Shown here in pieces: positions 29,703 to 39,669 of a stretch of DNA of 64,000 nucleotides; within the stretch, counting starts at the first letter, position 1, and every line of letters begins with the position of its first letter. Location: IMG/VR virus record IMGVR_UViG_3300008120_000012, positions 30,592-94,591 of that record; one strand, given 5' to 3'. The DNA comes from a virus. Both the position numbers and the translations under genes were made by a program. The notes under the pieces were generated by a model that was not told the origin of the DNA, ran no database searches, and was given only the letters and a program-made list of their open reading frames with translations.

Positions 29703-32700
29703 ATGAATTACGTTGGCTTACATGTCCATACACACTATTCATTAATGGATGGTGTTGCTACTCCAGAAGAATACGTGAACCGTGCAGTTGATCTTGGTAT
29801 GCAAGCAATTGCTATCACAGATCATGGTACTTTATCTGGGCATAGGGAACTGCATCGTATTGCAAAAGCAAAGGGCATTAAGCCAATTCTTGGCGTAGAA
29901 GGCTATATGACAAGCAATCGCTTTGACAACAGGGCGAAGGCAGATAGAACAGATCCATTAGATCAAAACTATCATCATATAGTTCTTCTCGCTAAAAACA
30001 AAATAGGACTAGAAAATCTCAATAAGATTAATGAGATTGCTTGGACTGAAGGATTTTTTAGTAAGCCAAGGTTTGACTTTGAAACACTTGCTAAATACAA
30101 AGATGGCATTATCGTAACATCTGCATGTCTTAGTGGCTGGATTGCAAAGGCTGTAGAGTTAGATGAGTTAGCAACAGCAAAAAAGCATGTTTCATGGTTT
30201 AAAGAACAATTTGGTGACGATTATTATATTGAAGTGATGCCACACAATCCACCAGAAGTTAACAAGGGATTAATAGAACTTGCTAAAGCAATGGGTGTAA
30301 AAGTTGTTGTAACACCAGACTGCCATCATCTTGATGAATCACAAAAAGAAATACAAGAATTAATGTTAATTCTTAATACCCATGCTAAGTTACAAAAAGA
30401 TGTTAATTATGATAAGTCTTTAAAGCATAAAAATATGATGGATAGATTAGACTACCTTTATGGTGCAGATAGACAAATGTCTTTCCGTTCTTTTGATATT
30501 CACCTTCTTTCATATGAAGAAATGAAAGAGGCTATGGCAAAGCAGGGTATTGATAATGAAGAAATGTTTAATAGTACTAATGAGATTGCCAGTAAGGTAG
30601 AAGACTATGATGTTAAAGATGGTCTAAACCTTTTGCCTGTTCAGTATAAAGATCCAGACAAGCAGTTATACGAATTGGCCTATGAAGGACTAAAAACAAA
30701 AGGATTAGACACGAATCCAATTTATGTAGACAGACTTGAAGAAGAAATGCAAATTATTAGTGCTAAAAAGTTTAGCCCATACTTTCTTGTTGTTCGTAAC
30801 ATGATTAACTGGGCAAAGAAGGAAGGAATTATGGTTGGTCCAGGCCGTGGATCTTCTGCTGGTTCTTTGCTTTGCTACTCACTTGGAATTACTGATATTG
30901 ATCCAATTGAACATAATCTTCTATTCTTCCGATTTATTAATCCAGAGCGTAATGACTTTCCAGATATTGATACAGATATTCAGGACTCTCGTCGTGATGA
31001 GGTAAAGGATTATCTAGTTAGACAATATCGCCATGTTGCTTCTATTGCTACGTTTTTAGAGTTTAAAGACAAAGGTGTAGTAAGAGATGTTGCTCGTGCA
31101 CTAAACATCCCATTAATGGATGTAAATAAGGTATTAAAACTAGTAGATACTTGGGATGAATTCTGTACATCAAAAACTACAGAATGGTTTAGAGATAAGT
31201 ATCCAGAATTAGTTAGATATGGAGAACAATTACGTGGTCGCATTAGAGGTACTGGTATACACGCTGCTGGCGTTGTCACTAGTAAAGATCCTATTTTTAG
31301 GTACGCACCGATGGAAACACGCTCTGCTCCAGGTAGCGATGATCGTATTCCTGTTGTGGCAGTTGACATGGAAGAGGCTGAAAAGATTGGTCTCATTAAG
31401 ATAGATGCTCTTGGATTAAAGACTTTAAGTGTTATCAAAGATACGCTTGATATTATTAAAGAACGATATGACAAAAATATAAATCTATTAGAAATAGACA
31501 TGGAAGACAAAAATGTATATCAAATGTTATCTGAGGGATATACAAAGGGTGTGTTCCAATGTGAAGCAACTCCATATACAAACCTACTGGTTAAAATGGG
31601 AGTAAAAAATTTAGACGAGTTGGCTGCATCAAATGCACTAGTTCGTCCAGGTGCCATGAATACTATTGGAAAAGATTATATTGCTCGTAAGCATGGTAAA
31701 GAAAATGTTAATTATTTGCATCAAATCATGAAACCAATAACACAAGATACATATGGGTGTATCCTATACCAAGAGCAGGTTATGCAGGCTTGCGTACAAC
31801 TCGGCGGTATGACAATGGCAGAGGCTGATAAGGTGCGTAAAATTATTGGTAAGAAGAAGGATGCAAAAGAGTTTAATGCGTTTCAAGATCAGTTTGTCAA
31901 GGGTGCTTCTGTATACATTAGTCCTAATGCTGCGCTTGATTTATGGCATGACTTTGAAGCGCATGCGGGTTATTCGTTTAACAAGTCGCATGCCGTTGCT
32001 TACAGTACTCTCTCGTATTGGACGGCGTGGCTAAAATATCATTACCCACTAGAGTTTATGTACTCACTATTGAAAAATGAAAAGGATAAAGATGCACGAA
32101 CTGAATATCTTATTGAAGCGAAAAGAATGGGGATTAGCATTAAACTACCTCACATTAACGATTCGGATATTGATTTTAAAATTGAGGGTAAGGGTATTCG
32201 GTTCGGACTCTCCGCAATCAAATTTATCTCTGATAAGATTGCAGAACGATATATATCGGCACGACCTTTTAACTCTTATGCAGAAGTTGAAGAGTTCACA
32301 TTCACTAAAGGAAATGGTGTAAATAGTCGTGCACTGCAATCAATGAATGCGGTTGGCGCACTAGTGTTTCACGATAACCCAAGGAACGATGAAAAGATTC
32401 GTGAAAATTTGTATGAATATTTAAATCTTCCAGAGTTTAATTTAACAGTTCCTTCTCATTATCATGCATTTATTACAGATACCTGTGACTTTGAAGAAAA
32501 GGGTTCTTACATTTTGATGGGAATGGCTAAATCAATTAAAAGATCCAAGGGTTGGTCAAGAGTAGAGATACTTGATAAGACAGGTAGTGTTGGTATCTTT
32601 GATGAAGAGCAAACTACTATTGAAACAGGTACAACATATATTATTTTAGCAAATGATAACAGGATAGTTTCTGCAGTACCACTTGATCAAATTAATAATT

Positions 32701-32975
32701 CAGGTAATGCACTTATTAAATTTTTAAACTATCGTATGCTACCATATACAGAAGATGAAATGTTTGTTGTATCATTTAAGCCAAGAATTACTAAGGCTGG
32801 TAAAAAGATGGCATCGCTTACACTAGCAGATACATCAAGAGAGTTACATTCTATTACAGTATTTCCAACTCAGTTTGCAAAGGCTTATATGAAAATAGAA
32901 GAGGGTAGCGCATATAAATTTAGTTTTGGAAAAACCAAAGATGGAACAGTTATATTGGAGGATATACATGTTTGA
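29703..32975 (+). CDS. dnaE: DNA polymerase III alpha subunit
   Basis: LHVHTHYSLMDG PHP domain, GPGRGSSAGS, PDIDTD, YSFNKSHA. Confidence 0.97.
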   Translation: MNYVGLHVHTHYSLMDGVATPEEYVNRAVDLGMQAIAITDHGTLSGHRELHRIAKAKGIKPILGVEGYMTSNRFDNRAKADRTDPLDQNYHHIVLLAKNKIGLENLNKINEIAWTEGFFSKPRFDFETLAKYKDGIIVTSACLSGWIAKAVELDELATAKKHVSWFKEQFGDDYYIEVMPHNPPEVNKGLIELAKAMGVKVVVTPDCHHLDESQKEIQELMLILNTHAKLQKDVNYDKSLKHKNMMDRLDYLYGADRQMSFRSFDIHLLSYEEMKEAMAKQGIDNEEMFNSTNEIASKVEDYDVKDGLNLLPVQYKDPDKQLYELAYEGLKTKGLDTNPIYVDRLEEEMQIISAKKFSPYFLVVRNMINWAKKEGIMVGPGRGSSAGSLLCYSLGITDIDPIEHNLLFFRFINPERNDFPDIDTDIQDSRRDEVKDYLVRQYRHVASIATFLEFKDKGVVRDVARALNIPLMDVNKVLKLVDTWDEFCTSKTTEWFRDKYPELVRYGEQLRGRIRGTGIHAAGVVTSKDPIFRYAPMETRSAPGSDDRIPVVAVDMEEAEKIGLIKIDALGLKTLSVIKDTLDIIKERYDKNINLLEIDMEDKNVYQMLSEGYTKGVFQCEATPYTNLLVKMGVKNLDELAASNALVRPGAMNTIGKDYIARKHGKENVNYLHQIMKPITQDTYGCILYQEQVMQACVQLGGMTMAEADKVRKIIGKKKDAKEFNAFQDQFVKGASVYISPNAALDLWHDFEAHAGYSFNKSHAVAYSTLSYWTAWLKYHYPLEFMYSLLKNEKDKDARTEYLIEAKRMGISIKLPHINDSDIDFKIEGKGIRFGLSAIKFISDKIAERYISARPFNSYAEVEEFTFTKGNGVNSRALQSMNAVGALVFHDNPRNDEKIRENLYEYLNLPEFNLTVPSHYHAFITDTCDFEEKGSYILMGMAKSIKRSKGWSRVEILDKTGSVGIFDEEQTTIETGTTYIILANDNRIVSAVPLDQINNSGNALIKFLNYRMLPYTEDEMFVVSFKPRITKAGKKMASLTLADTSRELHSITVFPTQFAKAYMKIEEGSAYKFSFGKTKDGTVILEDIHV

Positions 32976-33285
32976 TGATTTAGCAGAACAAATACACAAG
33001 AATGCAGTTGATAAAGGATTTTGGGATAGAACCGTAGACCCAATTTTTGTTGCAAAGCAAATGATGATGATTGTTTCTGAAGTTGTGGAGGCGATGGAGT
33101 CTCTTCGTAAAGAAATGGATCCAGATCAAATGTCAGATGAATTTGCAGATATTATTATTCGCACTCTTGATCTTTATGCAGGGATGGTTGAGGCAGGGTA
33201 TATGACAAAATCTCTTGACTATGCTATTAAAGAAAAGATGGAGCGTAATACACACAGACCAAAGAAGCATGGGGTAAGATTCTAA
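32968..33285 (+). CDS. MazG-like nucleotide pyrophosphohydrolase
   Basis: SEVVEAMES...DEFADIIIR; GGAGGA RBS before ATG 32968. Confidence 0.85.
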   Translation: MFDDLAEQIHKNAVDKGFWDRTVDPIFVAKQMMMIVSEVVEAMESLRKEMDPDQMSDEFADIIIRTLDLYAGMVEAGYMTKSLDYAIKEKMERNTHRPKKHGVRF

Positions 33286-34298
33286 TGACAGTAACAATAG
33301 AAGATGTATTAGCACAGTTAAATCCTAAACTAAGAAAAAGTATTTTAGTTGGAGACGAGGTGCCAAAGACTGAGTATGCAAAAACTCCTAGTCATGGCCT
33401 TAATCGTGCCCTTAACGGTGGCTTGCCGTACGGTAGACAGGTTTTAATTTGGGGCAGTAAGTCAAGTGCTAAGTCTTCCTTATGTCTTCAGACAATAGCC
33501 TTAGCACAAAAGGAAGGCAAGGTCTGTGCTTGGATAGATGCAGAAATGTCATATGACAAAGATTGGGCAGAAAAACTTGGCGTAGATACTTCAAAGTTGA
33601 TTGTTTCCCAAGCAAGAACTATTAATGAAATGGTTGATGTAGGTGTAAATTTGATTGAGGCTGGCGTTGATCTTATTGTTGTAGATTCAATAACATCATT
33701 ACTTCCTGCAATTTATTTTGAAAAGGATTCTACAGAATTAAAGCAACTAGAAAATACAAAACAAATTGGTGCAGAATCTCGTGACTTTAGTAATGCGTGG
33801 AAGATGCTTAATTATGCAAACAATAAAGTAAAACCAACGTTATTGATTCTTATTTCTCAATCTAGAAATAATATCAATGCCATGTATACAAGCCAACAAC
33901 CTACTGGTGGTCAGGCTACTAAATTTTACTCATCTACAGTTATTAAACTATTTTCATCAGAATCAGATAATCAAGCATTGAAAGGAAAAGTATATGTTGG
34001 TGACAAGGCTATTGAAGAAAAGATTGGTAGAAAGGTTAGATGGGAATTGCAGTTTAGCAAAACCAGTCCTGCTTTTCAGTCTGGTGAATATGATTTCTAT
34101 TTTAGAGGCGATACTCTGGGCATTGATGGGGTCGCTGATCTTGTTGACACTGCTGAGTTGATGGGCATCGTTGAACGCACAGGTGCTTGGTATCTACTAC
34201 CTGATGGTACAAAAGTTCAGGGTAGGGATGGATTTGTCAATAGGGTAAGAGAAGATCTTGATTTACAGGATATGATTAGGTCAAAAACTAGTGGGTAA
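33285..34298 (+). CDS. recA: RecA-like recombinase
   Basis: GGLPYGR, GSKSSAKS P-loop, WIDAE, VVDSI, GAWY. Confidence 0.92.
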   Translation: MTVTIEDVLAQLNPKLRKSILVGDEVPKTEYAKTPSHGLNRALNGGLPYGRQVLIWGSKSSAKSSLCLQTIALAQKEGKVCAWIDAEMSYDKDWAEKLGVDTSKLIVSQARTINEMVDVGVNLIEAGVDLIVVDSITSLLPAIYFEKDSTELKQLENTKQIGAESRDFSNAWKMLNYANNKVKPTLLILISQSRNNINAMYTSQQPTGGQATKFYSSTVIKLFSSESDNQALKGKVYVGDKAIEEKIGRKVRWELQFSKTSPAFQSGEYDFYFRGDTLGIDGVADLVDTAELMGIVERTGAWYLLPDGTKVQGRDGFVNRVREDLDLQDMIRSKTSG

Positions 34299-34467
34299 GT
34301 ATACAATTTTTCAGGGCAAGTTTCCTTGTAAGACTTGTAAAGAAGAAGTAAAGACAATGAGAGTCTATATGGAAACTGGATTATCTTCATGGATGTGTTC
34401 TAAAAAACATTTATCAGAAGTTCAGTTATTTAAAGTTGGATATAAAAAGGTTAAAAGATATGAGTGA
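34291..34467 (+). CDS. small Zn-binding protein (58 aa, not in ORF track)
   Basis: GTG start; MGKYTIFQGKFPCKTC...WMCSKKH. Confidence 0.55.
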   Translation: MGKYTIFQGKFPCKTCKEEVKTMRVYMETGLSSWMCSKKHLSEVQLFKVGYKKVKRYE

Positions 34468-34768
34468 GAAAAATGAAAGTAAAAGAATAGGTGCTAAGCA
34501 GCACAAAAATTCTGGTAGAAATACTCAGAAGGGAGATGCTACTTGGAGAAACTTTGTTGTTGACTTTAAGGAGTCATCAAAATCTTTTACTATTAATCAG
34601 GATGTATGGGCTAAGGCTGTAACTGACTCAATTAAGGCTGGTAAGGACAAGTCGCCAGCAATTGTTGTTATATTGGGTGAGGGTAACAAAAAAACTAGGC
34701 TTGCCATTATAGAATTTGATTTACTTGATCAACTAACATGGGAGGCTAATAATGGAGATGCAAAATAA
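34460..34768 (+). CDS. PD-(D/E)xK Holliday junction resolvase-like endonuclease
   Basis: NSG...KGDA...VDFKE motif. Confidence 0.65.
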   Translation: MSEKNESKRIGAKQHKNSGRNTQKGDATWRNFVVDFKESSKSFTINQDVWAKAVTDSIKAGKDKSPAIVVILGEGNKKTRLAIIEFDLLDQLTWEANNGDAK

Positions 34769-35063
34769 TCAAACAACAATTGATATGGTTAATGGATTGT
34801 CAGAAATAGCAGAGTTTATGCAGGATGAAGAACTAACAACTGCTCTTACATTTATTGCTAAACTAATAGTTAAGCCAGATATTCCAATGAATGTAGCCAC
34901 AGTAGAAATAGTAAGGCTACAGGCTATTGCAGCCAAAATGGCATTTAGGGCTACCTGGATGGCCAATGTAGACAAAAGTGACAGGGGAAAGAAAAACATT
35001 TATTACACAGCAGCAGAATCAATCAATAATCTTGTCTCTGCTCTTAAGTACATAACTAGGTAA
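34752..35063 (+). CDS. hypothetical phage protein
   Basis: Helical 103-aa ORF with GGAGG RBS. Confidence 0.55.
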   Translation: MEMQNNQTTIDMVNGLSEIAEFMQDEELTTALTFIAKLIVKPDIPMNVATVEIVRLQAIAAKMAFRATWMANVDKSDRGKKNIYYTAAESINNLVSALKYITR

Positions 35064-35094
35064 TGGTATAATTAATTAAAAGAAAAGAGCAAAA

Positions 35095-35907
35095 ATGACA
35101 AAAAACTTGTTAAAGAGTGTAATGCAAAAGCCTGTTGAAAAAAAGAAAATGTTGGATACAGAAGAACTAATCAAGAAAATTGAAAGTGGATATACAGTAA
35201 ATCGTATACCAAAGCATACCAAGAAGAAAACATTCGCCCCATCAACATTAGTATATGGTCATGGTGAATGCCCAAGATATTGGTATCTTGCTTTTGAAGG
35301 CAACATTTTTACTGATAGTGCTACACCATATAGTGTTGCAAATATGACATCTGGTACTCTGTCCCATGGTCGTATTCAAAAGGCTATGATGGATTCTGGT
35401 GTAGCAAGAATTTATAAAGATGATGAAGGTCAAGATACAACAGAATTTAAAATCACACATTCAGATCCTCCAATTTTCGGCTATGGGGATGGAATTATTG
35501 ATTGGGCTGGAGAAGAAATAGTTGCAGAAATAAAAACAATGCCACATGAGCCATTTGAATATTTCAAGACAAAAGGCTCTGGCAAAAAGGGACACCTAAT
35601 GCAATTACTAATCTATATGAAAATTTTAGGTAAAGCAAAGGGTGTACTAATCTATGAAAATAAAAATACTCATGAACTATTGGTATTTCCAGTTGAAGTA
35701 AATAAAACCTATATTGAGTGGATTGATTATGTTTTTGGATGGTTGCGTGAAGTAAGAAAAGCATGGGAAGATAAAACTATTCCTAAAAAGAATTATAGAT
35801 CCAATTCTAAAGTATGCAAAGAATGCCCAGTAAAAGAAGCATGCAACGCAGCAGATGTTGGAGAGATTAAGATAGCATCTCTGGAGGAATTGAGTGAAAC
35901 CGTGTAG
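35095..35907 (+). CDS. Cas4-like PD-(D/E)xK exonuclease
   Basis: ECPRYWY, GYGDG...EIKT, QLLIY, CKECPVKEAC Fe-S motif. Confidence 0.85.
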   Translation: MTKNLLKSVMQKPVEKKKMLDTEELIKKIESGYTVNRIPKHTKKKTFAPSTLVYGHGECPRYWYLAFEGNIFTDSATPYSVANMTSGTLSHGRIQKAMMDSGVARIYKDDEGQDTTEFKITHSDPPIFGYGDGIIDWAGEEIVAEIKTMPHEPFEYFKTKGSGKKGHLMQLLIYMKILGKAKGVLIYENKNTHELLVFPVEVNKTYIEWIDYVFGWLREVRKAWEDKTIPKKNYRSNSKVCKECPVKEACNAADVGEIKIASLEELSETV

Positions 35908-36190
35908 TTGGTGTGATAATAAATTTAAGCCCAGTGTTTCTTATCAGATATACTGCTCTCCTGAATGTCGTGATTCTGCAACAAAAGAAAAAATTGTAGA
36001 AAGACAAAAAATTTTACGTAATAAAAAACGTAAAAATAGAGTAAGGAAATGTAAAAACTGTAAAGAAACATTGTCAATTTATCATGATGGCCCCCTATGC
36101 AGTTTCTGCAATATTGACCCAACAATGGTTAGCAAGGCTTTAAGAGATCTTAAAAAACTAGGAGTTATAGATTATGAACAGCATTCCTAA
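35894..36190 (+). CDS. Cys-rich zinc-finger protein
   Basis: CSWC, YCSPEC, CKNC, CSFC. Confidence 0.65.
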   Translation: MKPCSWCDNKFKPSVSYQIYCSPECRDSATKEKIVERQKILRNKKRKNRVRKCKNCKETLSIYHDGPLCSFCNIDPTMVSKALRDLKKLGVIDYEQHS

Positions 36191-36731
36191 TAAAATTTTT
36201 GCTATTGATGCTAGTACTAACAGCCTTGCTTTTGCATTTTATTCTTATAAAACATTACAGTCATATGGAAAAATTAATTTTGAAGGCAATGATATTTATG
36301 AAAAAGTAGGGGATGCTTGTAGAAAAACAAAAGCATTTCTTGAACAAAATAACTTAATTGAAGCGATAGTTATTGAGCATACAGTATTTATGAATAGTCC
36401 TAAAACTGCTGCAGATCTTGCATTGGTTCAGGGTGCTATCTTGGGTGCAGCCCATATCAATGGTATTCGTCAAATAGGCAAAGTATCACCTATGACTTGG
36501 CAAAACTATATTGGAAATAAAAAGATAACAAAAGAAGAACAACTGCTTATACGAAAAAATAATCCTGGTAAATCAGTTTCATGGTATAAAACCTATGAGC
36601 GCAATATCCGCAAACAAAGAACAATAAAGTTTATTGAGATTAACTATGATAAAAAAATAGATGATAACGATGTTGCAGATGCTTGTGGAATAGGTCATTG
36701 GGCCATTAATAATTGGGAGAAGGCAATCTAA
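36174..36731 (+). CDS. RuvC-like resolvase
   Basis: AIDAST, IVIE, DDNDVADACGIG. Confidence 0.85.
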   Translation: MNSIPNKIFAIDASTNSLAFAFYSYKTLQSYGKINFEGNDIYEKVGDACRKTKAFLEQNNLIEAIVIEHTVFMNSPKTAADLALVQGAILGAAHINGIRQIGKVSPMTWQNYIGNKKITKEEQLLIRKNNPGKSVSWYKTYERNIRKQRTIKFIEINYDKKIDDNDVADACGIGHWAINNWEKAI

Positions 36732-36732
36732 A

Positions 36733-36909
36733 ATGTCAGATCGTAATAGTTTTATTTTTAAAGAAGAGCCAGAAGATGTAGTCTTAACAGTTAGAACATT
36801 AAGTCCAACCAAATGGTTACTGATAGATCGTGAAACTGGACAAGTTTATCAGGGTAGTCCAAAAGGGCATTGGGATAAAGTAAGTCCAATAGTAAAGGTT
36901 GACAAATAA
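36733..36909 (+). CDS. small hypothetical protein (58 aa)
   Basis: MSDRNSFIF...KWLLIDRETGQVYQG; fills the gap between genes. Confidence 0.5.
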   Translation: MSDRNSFIFKEEPEDVVLTVRTLSPTKWLLIDRETGQVYQGSPKGHWDKVSPIVKVDK

Positions 36910-36913
36910 TAAC

Positions 36914-37069
36914 ATGGCTGCTAAACTATATACAAATGAAACCTGGCTACGTAAAAGATATACAATGGATAAGCGTACCCCAGAAGAAATTGCAAAGGAG
37001 TGTGGATGTAGCGTGGAAACAGTATATGTCTACCTTGCTAAATTTGGATTAAGGAAATCAAGGCGATGA
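36914..37069 (+). CDS. small HTH DNA-binding protein (51 aa)
   Basis: WLRKRY...TPEEIAKECGCSVETVYVYLAKFGL. Confidence 0.7.
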   Translation: MAAKLYTNETWLRKRYTMDKRTPEEIAKECGCSVETVYVYLAKFGLRKSRR

Positions 37070-37305
37070 GCGAAAAGTTTAATATTACAGTAGATCAGGT
37101 AAATCACCCTATTCACTACACAACAGATCCATCTGGAGTAGAGTGCATTCAAATAACACGTCATCGTAATTTTAATATTGGAAATGCCTTTAAGTATTTG
37201 TGGAGGGCTGGAATTAAAAATGAAAATACCCAAATAGAAGATTTAAAAAAGGCTATTTTCTATATTCAAGATGAAATTAAAAGACTAGAAGGTACCTATG
37301 AGTAA
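37066..37305 (+). CDS. DUF3310/SaV-like protein
   Basis: VNHPIHY...GNAFKYLWRAGIK...EDLKKAIFY. Confidence 0.85.
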   Translation: MSEKFNITVDQVNHPIHYTTDPSGVECIQITRHRNFNIGNAFKYLWRAGIKNENTQIEDLKKAIFYIQDEIKRLEGTYE

Positions 37306-37837
37306 TACTGAAATTGAATTAGTACAACATCTTGATGAGGTTAATAGGGTTGTTGAAGAGTACCTAAAAGGTAATGACCCTACGAAAATTTCTAAAACAT
37401 TATCTTTACCACGTACTCGTGTAGTAGCACACCTTAATGAGTGGAAGGCTATGGCTTCTGCAAATGATGCCATTCGTGCTCGTGCCAAAGATGCTTTGGT
37501 TAGTGCAGATGCACATTATACAAAATTGATTAAGCAGGCTTATGAAGTTATTGATGATGCAACCACTACGGCAAATCTTAATGCAAAAACTGCAGCAATT
37601 AAACTTGTAATGGATATTGAAGCACGAAGAATTGATATGTTGCAAAAGGCTGGACTATTAGAAAATAAAGAATTAGCAGAAGAAATGTTAGAGATAGAGC
37701 GCAGACAGGAAGTATTGGTTGGCATCCTTCGTGATATTGCTTCTACGCATCCAGAAGTTCGTGATCTTATTATGCAAAAGTTGTCTGCAATTGCAAAAGA
37801 AGGCGAAGTGATTACAATTGTCCACGATGTTCAATGA
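37298..37837 (+). CDS. terminase small subunit (putative)
   Basis: N-terminal HTH-like region and helices; overlaps the TerL start. Confidence 0.6.
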   Translation: MSNTEIELVQHLDEVNRVVEEYLKGNDPTKISKTLSLPRTRVVAHLNEWKAMASANDAIRARAKDALVSADAHYTKLIKQAYEVIDDATTTANLNAKTAAIKLVMDIEARRIDMLQKAGLLENKELAEEMLEIERRQEVLVGILRDIASTHPEVRDLIMQKLSAIAKEGEVITIVHDVQ

Positions 37838-39614
37838 TTTTTTAGAAGCACTTAAAGATAATCATTTTGAAGAAAATCCAGTAGATGTAAAAACATTTGT
37901 TGAATCTCCAGATTATTTAGGACAGCCACCACTTTCAGATATTCAATATGATGTTGTTGAGGCCATGAGCCAAATTTATCGTAAAGAAGATTTACAACAT
38001 TTATTAGGAACAGAAGAGGGGGCAAGGCACTATGCAAAATATACAAAAAACGAAATCATTCTTCAATTGGGTAAGGGTAGTGGTAAAGACTTTGTTTCTA
38101 CTGTGGCTTGTGCTTACGTTGTTTATAAGTTACTATGTCTTAAAGACCCTGCCAGATATTTCGGAAAGCCAAGTGGAGATGCAATAGATATTATTAACGT
38201 TGCTATTAACGCTGAGCAGGCTAAGAATGTTTTCTTTAAAGGTTTTAAAACAAAGATTGAGAAGTCTCCATGGTTTGCTGGAAAGTATGATCCGAAAGTA
38301 AACTCTATTGGTTTTAATAAATCTATTACAGTTTATTCAGGACACTCTGAGCGTGAATCTCATGAGGGTCTTAACTTGTTTATGGCTGTGCTTGATGAAA
38401 TCTCTGGTTTTGCTACAGAAGTAGGAACAGGAAATGATCAGGGTAAGACTGCTGACAATATATATAAAGCATTTCGTGGTACTGTAGATTCTCGTTTCCC
38501 AGATCTTGGCAAGGTAGTTCTTCTCTCATTCCCTCGTTATAATGGCGACTTTATTTCAAAGCGGTATGAAGAAGTAATTATGGAAAAAGATGTAGTAGAA
38601 CGTAGACATAAGTTTATTATTAATGAAGAGTTGCCAGAAGGTCCAGACAATGAGTTTGAGATTACGTGGGAAGAAGATCATATAAAGTCATACAAATATC
38701 CAAGGATGTTTGCATTAAAAAGACCTACATGGGAAGTTAATCCTACTCGTAAGATTGATGATTTTAAGATTGCATTTTTAACAGATCCAGGAGATGCAAT
38801 GATGCGTTTTCTTTGTACACCAACATATTCTTCAGATGCATTCTTTAAACAACGTGAAAAATTAGAAAAGTGTATGACATTAAGAAATCCAATTGACTCT
38901 ACAAAAAGGCTAGATGCATTTGCCCCTGATCCAGAAAAAATTTATTTTGTACATGCAGATCTTGCACAAAGACATGACAAGTGTGCAGTTGCAATAGCAC
39001 ATGTTGAAAAATGGGTTAATGTTCAAATTGTTAAGGACTATCAGCAAGTAGCCCCTATCGTTGTAGTAGATGCAGTAGCATGGTGGGAGCCAAAGATAGA
39101 AGGTCCAGTAGATCTGTCAGATGTAAAAAACTGGATAATTAATCTACGTAGACTTGGGTTTAATCTTGGTATGGTTACCTTTGACCGTTGGCAGTCATTT
39201 GATATTCAGCAAGAGTTAAAAACGGTAGGAATTAAAACAGATACCGTTTCTGTTGCAAAAAAACATTATGAAGACCTTGCTATGCTTGTATACGAAGAAA
39301 GAGTTGCTATGCCTAGCATCCCATTATTACTAGAAGAAATGTCAGAGTTAAAAATAACAGACAACGGAAAGCGGGTTGACCACCCACGTAAAAAATCTAA
39401 AGACTTGGCAGATGCTGTTTGTGGAGCGGTATTTGGAGCAATAAGCCATACCCCTAAAGACAATATGACAGAGGTAGATGTCCATACATGGTCATCTCCA
39501 AGAAAAAATACAGAAATCTTTGTTGACAGCAAAGGTGACAATGTGATAGAATATAACCGTAAAGAAATGCCTGATGATATCAAGTCATATCTTGACAGGC
39601 TCAATTTACTATAG
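37818..39614 (+). CDS. terL: terminase large subunit
   Basis: GKGSGKD Walker A, VLDEISGF Walker B, HADLA, DRWQS, DHP...SKDLADA nuclease motifs. Confidence 0.93.
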   Translation: MSTMFNDFLEALKDNHFEENPVDVKTFVESPDYLGQPPLSDIQYDVVEAMSQIYRKEDLQHLLGTEEGARHYAKYTKNEIILQLGKGSGKDFVSTVACAYVVYKLLCLKDPARYFGKPSGDAIDIINVAINAEQAKNVFFKGFKTKIEKSPWFAGKYDPKVNSIGFNKSITVYSGHSERESHEGLNLFMAVLDEISGFATEVGTGNDQGKTADNIYKAFRGTVDSRFPDLGKVVLLSFPRYNGDFISKRYEEVIMEKDVVERRHKFIINEELPEGPDNEFEITWEEDHIKSYKYPRMFALKRPTWEVNPTRKIDDFKIAFLTDPGDAMMRFLCTPTYSSDAFFKQREKLEKCMTLRNPIDSTKRLDAFAPDPEKIYFVHADLAQRHDKCAVAIAHVEKWVNVQIVKDYQQVAPIVVVDAVAWWEPKIEGPVDLSDVKNWIINLRRLGFNLGMVTFDRWQSFDIQQELKTVGIKTDTVSVAKKHYEDLAMLVYEERVAMPSIPLLLEEMSELKITDNGKRVDHPRKKSKDLADAVCGAVFGAISHTPKDNMTEVDVHTWSSPRKNTEIFVDSKGDNVIEYNRKEMPDDIKSYLDRLNLL

Positions 39615-39620
39615 TAAAAT
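39523..39620 (+). promoter_or_regulatory. tandem sigma70-type promoters for the Ala-rich secreted protein
   Basis: TTGACA-18-TAGAAT (39523-39552) and TTGACA-17-TAAAAT (39592-39620). Confidence 0.65.
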
Positions 39621-39669
39621 ATAGATATAACCAAAAGGTTATAAAAACAAAACAAGGAGAATAAATTAA

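Noticed and set aside
35095-35907. CRISPR-Cas system suggested by the Cas4-like gene
   Set aside because: No repeat-spacer array or other cas genes seen; stand-alone Cas4-like nucleases are common in phage recombination modules
26603-39614. Inteins or introns in helicase, DnaE, RecA or TerL
   Set aside because: Lengths are normal, frames continuous, no splicing motifs noticed
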